Below are positions 60,866 through 64,000 of a stretch of DNA of 64,000 nucleotides, in pieces; within the stretch, counting starts at the first letter, position 1; every line of letters starts with the position of its first letter. The DNA comes from Fonticula alba ATCC 38817 (lineage: Eukaryota; Protista; Nucleariida). The DNA lies in the NCBI GenBank assembly GCA_000388065.2, contig KB932208.1. One strand, 5' to 3'. Below the pieces are notes generated by a model that made no database searches, was not told the origin of the DNA, and saw only the letters and a program-made list of their open reading frames with translations. Both the position numbers and the translations under genes were made by a program.

Positions 60866-62193
60866 TCACGACCTGGATCCACTGGTGGAGGCCTCCGATG
60901 AGGAGGTCGAGGTGCCTGACGAGGCCGGAGTGATGTTGGCATAGGCCGAAGTGACAATCTCCGGCAGGGGATAGGTCTTGGTGTCGTCGTTCTTCAGATC
61001 ACGCGCCTGGCGACGAACCTTGGTGTCGTACTCCTCCTTGTTGTTGCTACTCGGGAAAAGGGCGTGTATGTGCGCATCGGAAAGGGAGAGATAGATAGAT
61101 AGACAGATCGGGGAGGGGGGAGGAGCAGAAGGTGAGGATCGGGAATTAAGCGGTGGAGGAAGCAAACGAAAGGCAGGGTCGGCAGCGTACACATAGGCCA
61201 CATAGGCCGGCTTTTGGGCGGGACTCTCGAGGTTCGGATTGTCCAGGAGCTCCTGAATCCCGAGGAGAATCTAGCATAGCCATGGAAAAGGGCGCGCGAT
61301 TGAACGGGAGAAGGGAAAGGACAAGATACAGTGGAGGGGTAAGCAGGGAGCGAGAGGGAGGGGAGCGAGAAGATGACCTGGAAGGAAGAGTGAATATGAC
61401 CCACCTGCTTGACGGTGACGGCGGGTCGCCAGCCATCACCCAGAATAGACAGACACACCGTGCCGGTGGGGAAAATGTTCGGGTGATAAAGCGGCGGGTA
61501 AAATTGGCCTGAGAGAGAGAGGGGAGGAGGGAGAGAGGGGGAGAGAGAGAGGGAGGGAGGGAGGGAGGGAGGGAGAGAGAGAGAGAGAGAGAGAAAGCAC
61601 AATTGGCTGGTCAGTAGCTGTACATGCGAGCAGGCTGGAGGCCGAGCCACCGAGGCCGGGCCAGGAGCGAGAATGCCACAGGCAGAGAGAGAGAGAGAGA
61701 GAGAGAGACGGGGGGATTGGCGCGCACACTTGGGAGGCCGCGCAGGGTACTCGTTGGGGAAGATCATCACCAGACGATACATGCCACCCTCCCAGGGAGT
61801 CTGGTCGCGAAAAGAGCAGGGGGAGGTAGGACAGCGAGAGGAGGGAGGGAGAATAAGGTCAGATGGTGCTGTAGTGAGGGAGGGGAGGAAACATGAGACC
61901 CTCTGCTTTCCCCCTTAACCAAGGGGCGAGGGGGGGGAGGGTGACACGCACGTTTTTCTTGCCCGGGATGCCACATTGCCATCTCATCAGGTCGAGGGAG
62001 TTGTCGGGCTTGGTGATCGGCCTCGCGAAGAATCCCTGCAAAGCGAGCAGGCCATGCGGATGCGGGTCAGCCAGAGGGCGGGGCGGGCAGGCAATAAAGA
62101 CACAGGAAGGGGCGCCAGCAACGCGCGTACATAAGGGTGATCGCGACGCCACGAGCGACGCTCCTCCATCAGCCGGTTCTTGGCGAGGGACAT
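60866..62193 (-). CDS. UBC9: SUMO-conjugating enzyme Ubc9, 6 exons, with C-terminal extension
   Basis: [21 protein letters not shown]|GFFARP...[13 protein letters not shown]..|[21 protein letters not shown]|[32 protein letters not shown]|[17 protein letters not shown]. Catalytic Cys present; all introns in frame. Confidence 0.96.
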
Positions 62194-63784
62194 GATGACA
62201 ATGAATGTGAAGCAACCGGTGGCGAGCAGGCAGTGGGTGGACTTGCGATGCGAGAGAGAGAGAGAGAGAGCTGGAGGGAGGATAGAAAGACAGCAGAGCG
62301 GGAGAGGCAGGAAGAGGGGGGAGGAGATGCGCAGGGCGGATGGTGTGTGCACACGCCGAGACGGGAGAGGGATGAAGGCCGCATGGGCGCAGGCGGCCCA
62401 GGCAGGTTCCGGATGAATGCCCCGGTGGCAGACTCCCGCCACCGACGGCTGGATTGCCGGCGCCGGGCCGGCGCCGCTTCGCCGGCCCCACGGTCACCAT
62501 CAGCCAGACCGTTTCCCAAGGCAGCCACACCGCAGTGGTCCCGGGACATGGTCTGCCAAGACTCTCCGCGCGTCCGCCCACCGGGGGGGGGGGGCTGGGC
62601 ATGGGGCCCGCGCCCCCTGGCCCGCCTGCTGAGATCTCCCCGGGAGCCTGCCCAACACTGGCCAACACATATACACCCGGGCGCGGGCCAGCCAAAGGGC
62701 GCGCTACCCTGCGCCGGTCCCCGCGCTTCCAACACGCAGGCACGCCGGCAGAGCAGAACACACGCTGGAGATGGTTCTGGGTCATGAGCTCCCGCCGGCG
62801 GCCGCCCATCCCCCGGGCGGGGAGACCTGCTGCTGCACAACACCTTAGACCGGAGCGCGCATTGCGGGCGGCGGTTGGCCGGCCGTAGTGCCGAATCAGG
62901 GCACCGGCAATCGATCAGCCAGGTCTGCGGGGCAAAATCCGCCCCTGTCATGTGACGTATCTCCGGATGATATGGCCCTGGATGTGGCAGGATTCTCACG
63001 GATCCGGTCTTACGTCAAAGGGGCGGGGCTTTGACGGAAGCCATACCGGAAATCTGCTCCTGGTGGGGGGGGGGCGACACTCTCGGGACATGGGGGGGGG
63101 TGCGCACCGAACCCGTGGAATATTCCGTCGCCCGGAAGGAGAGGGTCCGGCAAGTCGGCCCGGGGCGGGTGGGCGATCCAGCAAGAGGGAAGAAAATATA
63201 TGTTTAATAATGGGCCTTCAAGCCTGATAATGGATGTTCGCGGGTCTTGTTTCGGGGTTGTTCGCGCATGCTCTTCGACACACACACACACACACACACA
63301 CCTGCTCGGGTCTTTGCTCCCGACAGACACCCGGGGGGAGGACCTGCTCCTTTTTTCACCTTCGGTGCTCGGTCAAGGGGCAGATGTGGAAAAGCCACGC
63401 CTGCTCGGGTCACTGCCGGCCCCGGGCGCCCCGCAAAGGCCCAAGGTCGGCGGTTACGTCGCCCCGCATTCCGCCCCCTTAGAATGCTGTTTGGAATCTC
63501 AGACAATCACATGGGCTCGCCACGAGACTCCCGCGTAGGAACCAGATGATCCTGCCCTTCGGTCTGGTGGAATTCCGCTACACAAGCCTGGCCCGCACGG
63601 GCCGGGCGGGGATTTGGGTATTAAAAAGGACACAGCTGGGTCGCGTCCGCCAGAAGGATTCTGGACGAGGTCGAACGGCCGGTCGGGGGGGGGGGGAGGG
63701 GGGGGGGCAGCTGCGGTGCACAAGAGCCAGCCTCGGAAGCGTTGCCCCTGAGGACGGTCGCCAGGGCCGTCGCGATACTCCCCC

Positions 63785-63992
63785 GAGGCGCCGGGCCGCC
63801 GCGGTGGGAGGGGGAACACCCGCCCATCCCGCCTGGTGGGCTTTGAGCCCGGGCTTTTCNNNNNNNNNNNNNNNNNNNNNNNNNNNNNNNNNNNNNNNNN
63901 NNNNNNNNNNNNNNNNNNNNNNGAGGCGCCGGGCCGCCGCGGTGGGAGGGGGAACACCCGCCCATCCCGCCTGGTGGGCTTTGAGCCCGGGC
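63785..63992. repeat. Gap-flanking direct duplication (63785-63854 = 63923-63992); a similar one lies at about 51540-51600 / 51617-51677
   Basis: Identical 60-70 nt sequences on both sides of short N-gaps, typical of unmerged contig overlaps. Confidence 0.85.
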
Positions 63993-64000
63993 TGGCCGCG

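Noticed and set aside
60211-60957. Cys/Val- or His/Thr-rich ORFs (CVCVCV, HTHTHT) here and elsewhere
   Set aside because: Translations of (GT)/(CA) microsatellites, not metal-binding proteins.
62200-64000. Possible gene at the right end of the window
   Set aside because: No recognisable domain or consistent exon chain; probably UBC9 upstream region, with a gap-overlap duplication.
1-64000. Transposons, prophage, operons or prokaryotic defence systems
   Set aside because: No transposase, reverse transcriptase or integrase motifs, terminal inverted repeats or LTRs were seen, and the gene structure is spliceosomal.

Overview
This window is eukaryotic, not prokaryotic: a very GC-rich, intron-rich draft scaffold with 10 N-gaps, many G/C homopolymers and (CA)/(GA) microsatellites. 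Composition and gene content resemble the holomycotan amoeba Fonticula alba, which is an inference I cannot confirm here. The left ~26 kb is gene-sparse. It holds an intronless, membrane-anchored SdsA1/BDS1-type alkyl sulfatase with a repetitive tail, an STK16/Env7-like kinase, a membrane-anchored PAPS sulfotransferase and an intronless TLC-domain protein. The right ~38 kb is dense with housekeeping genes: tRNA-Leu(UAG), TMCO1, an LSM14/Scd6-like gene, COMMD5, TBCK, a UBAC2/Dsc2-like gene, thiamine pyrophosphokinase, MED10, an OCA6-like pseudophosphatase, a METTL21-like methyltransferase, alpha-SNAP, an F-box-like unknown gene and UBC9. The best candidate for new biology is a possible lipid sulfation/desulfation module (sulfatase, sulfotransferase, TLC protein), though co-location is the only evidence that these genes are linked. 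The window also contains clear assembly artefacts: both Illumina adapters bracketing an inserted fragment inside TBCK, a chimeric junction fragment, and an exact misplaced 377-bp duplication. Exon boundaries were placed by eye from splice signals and remembered family motifs; no searches were run.
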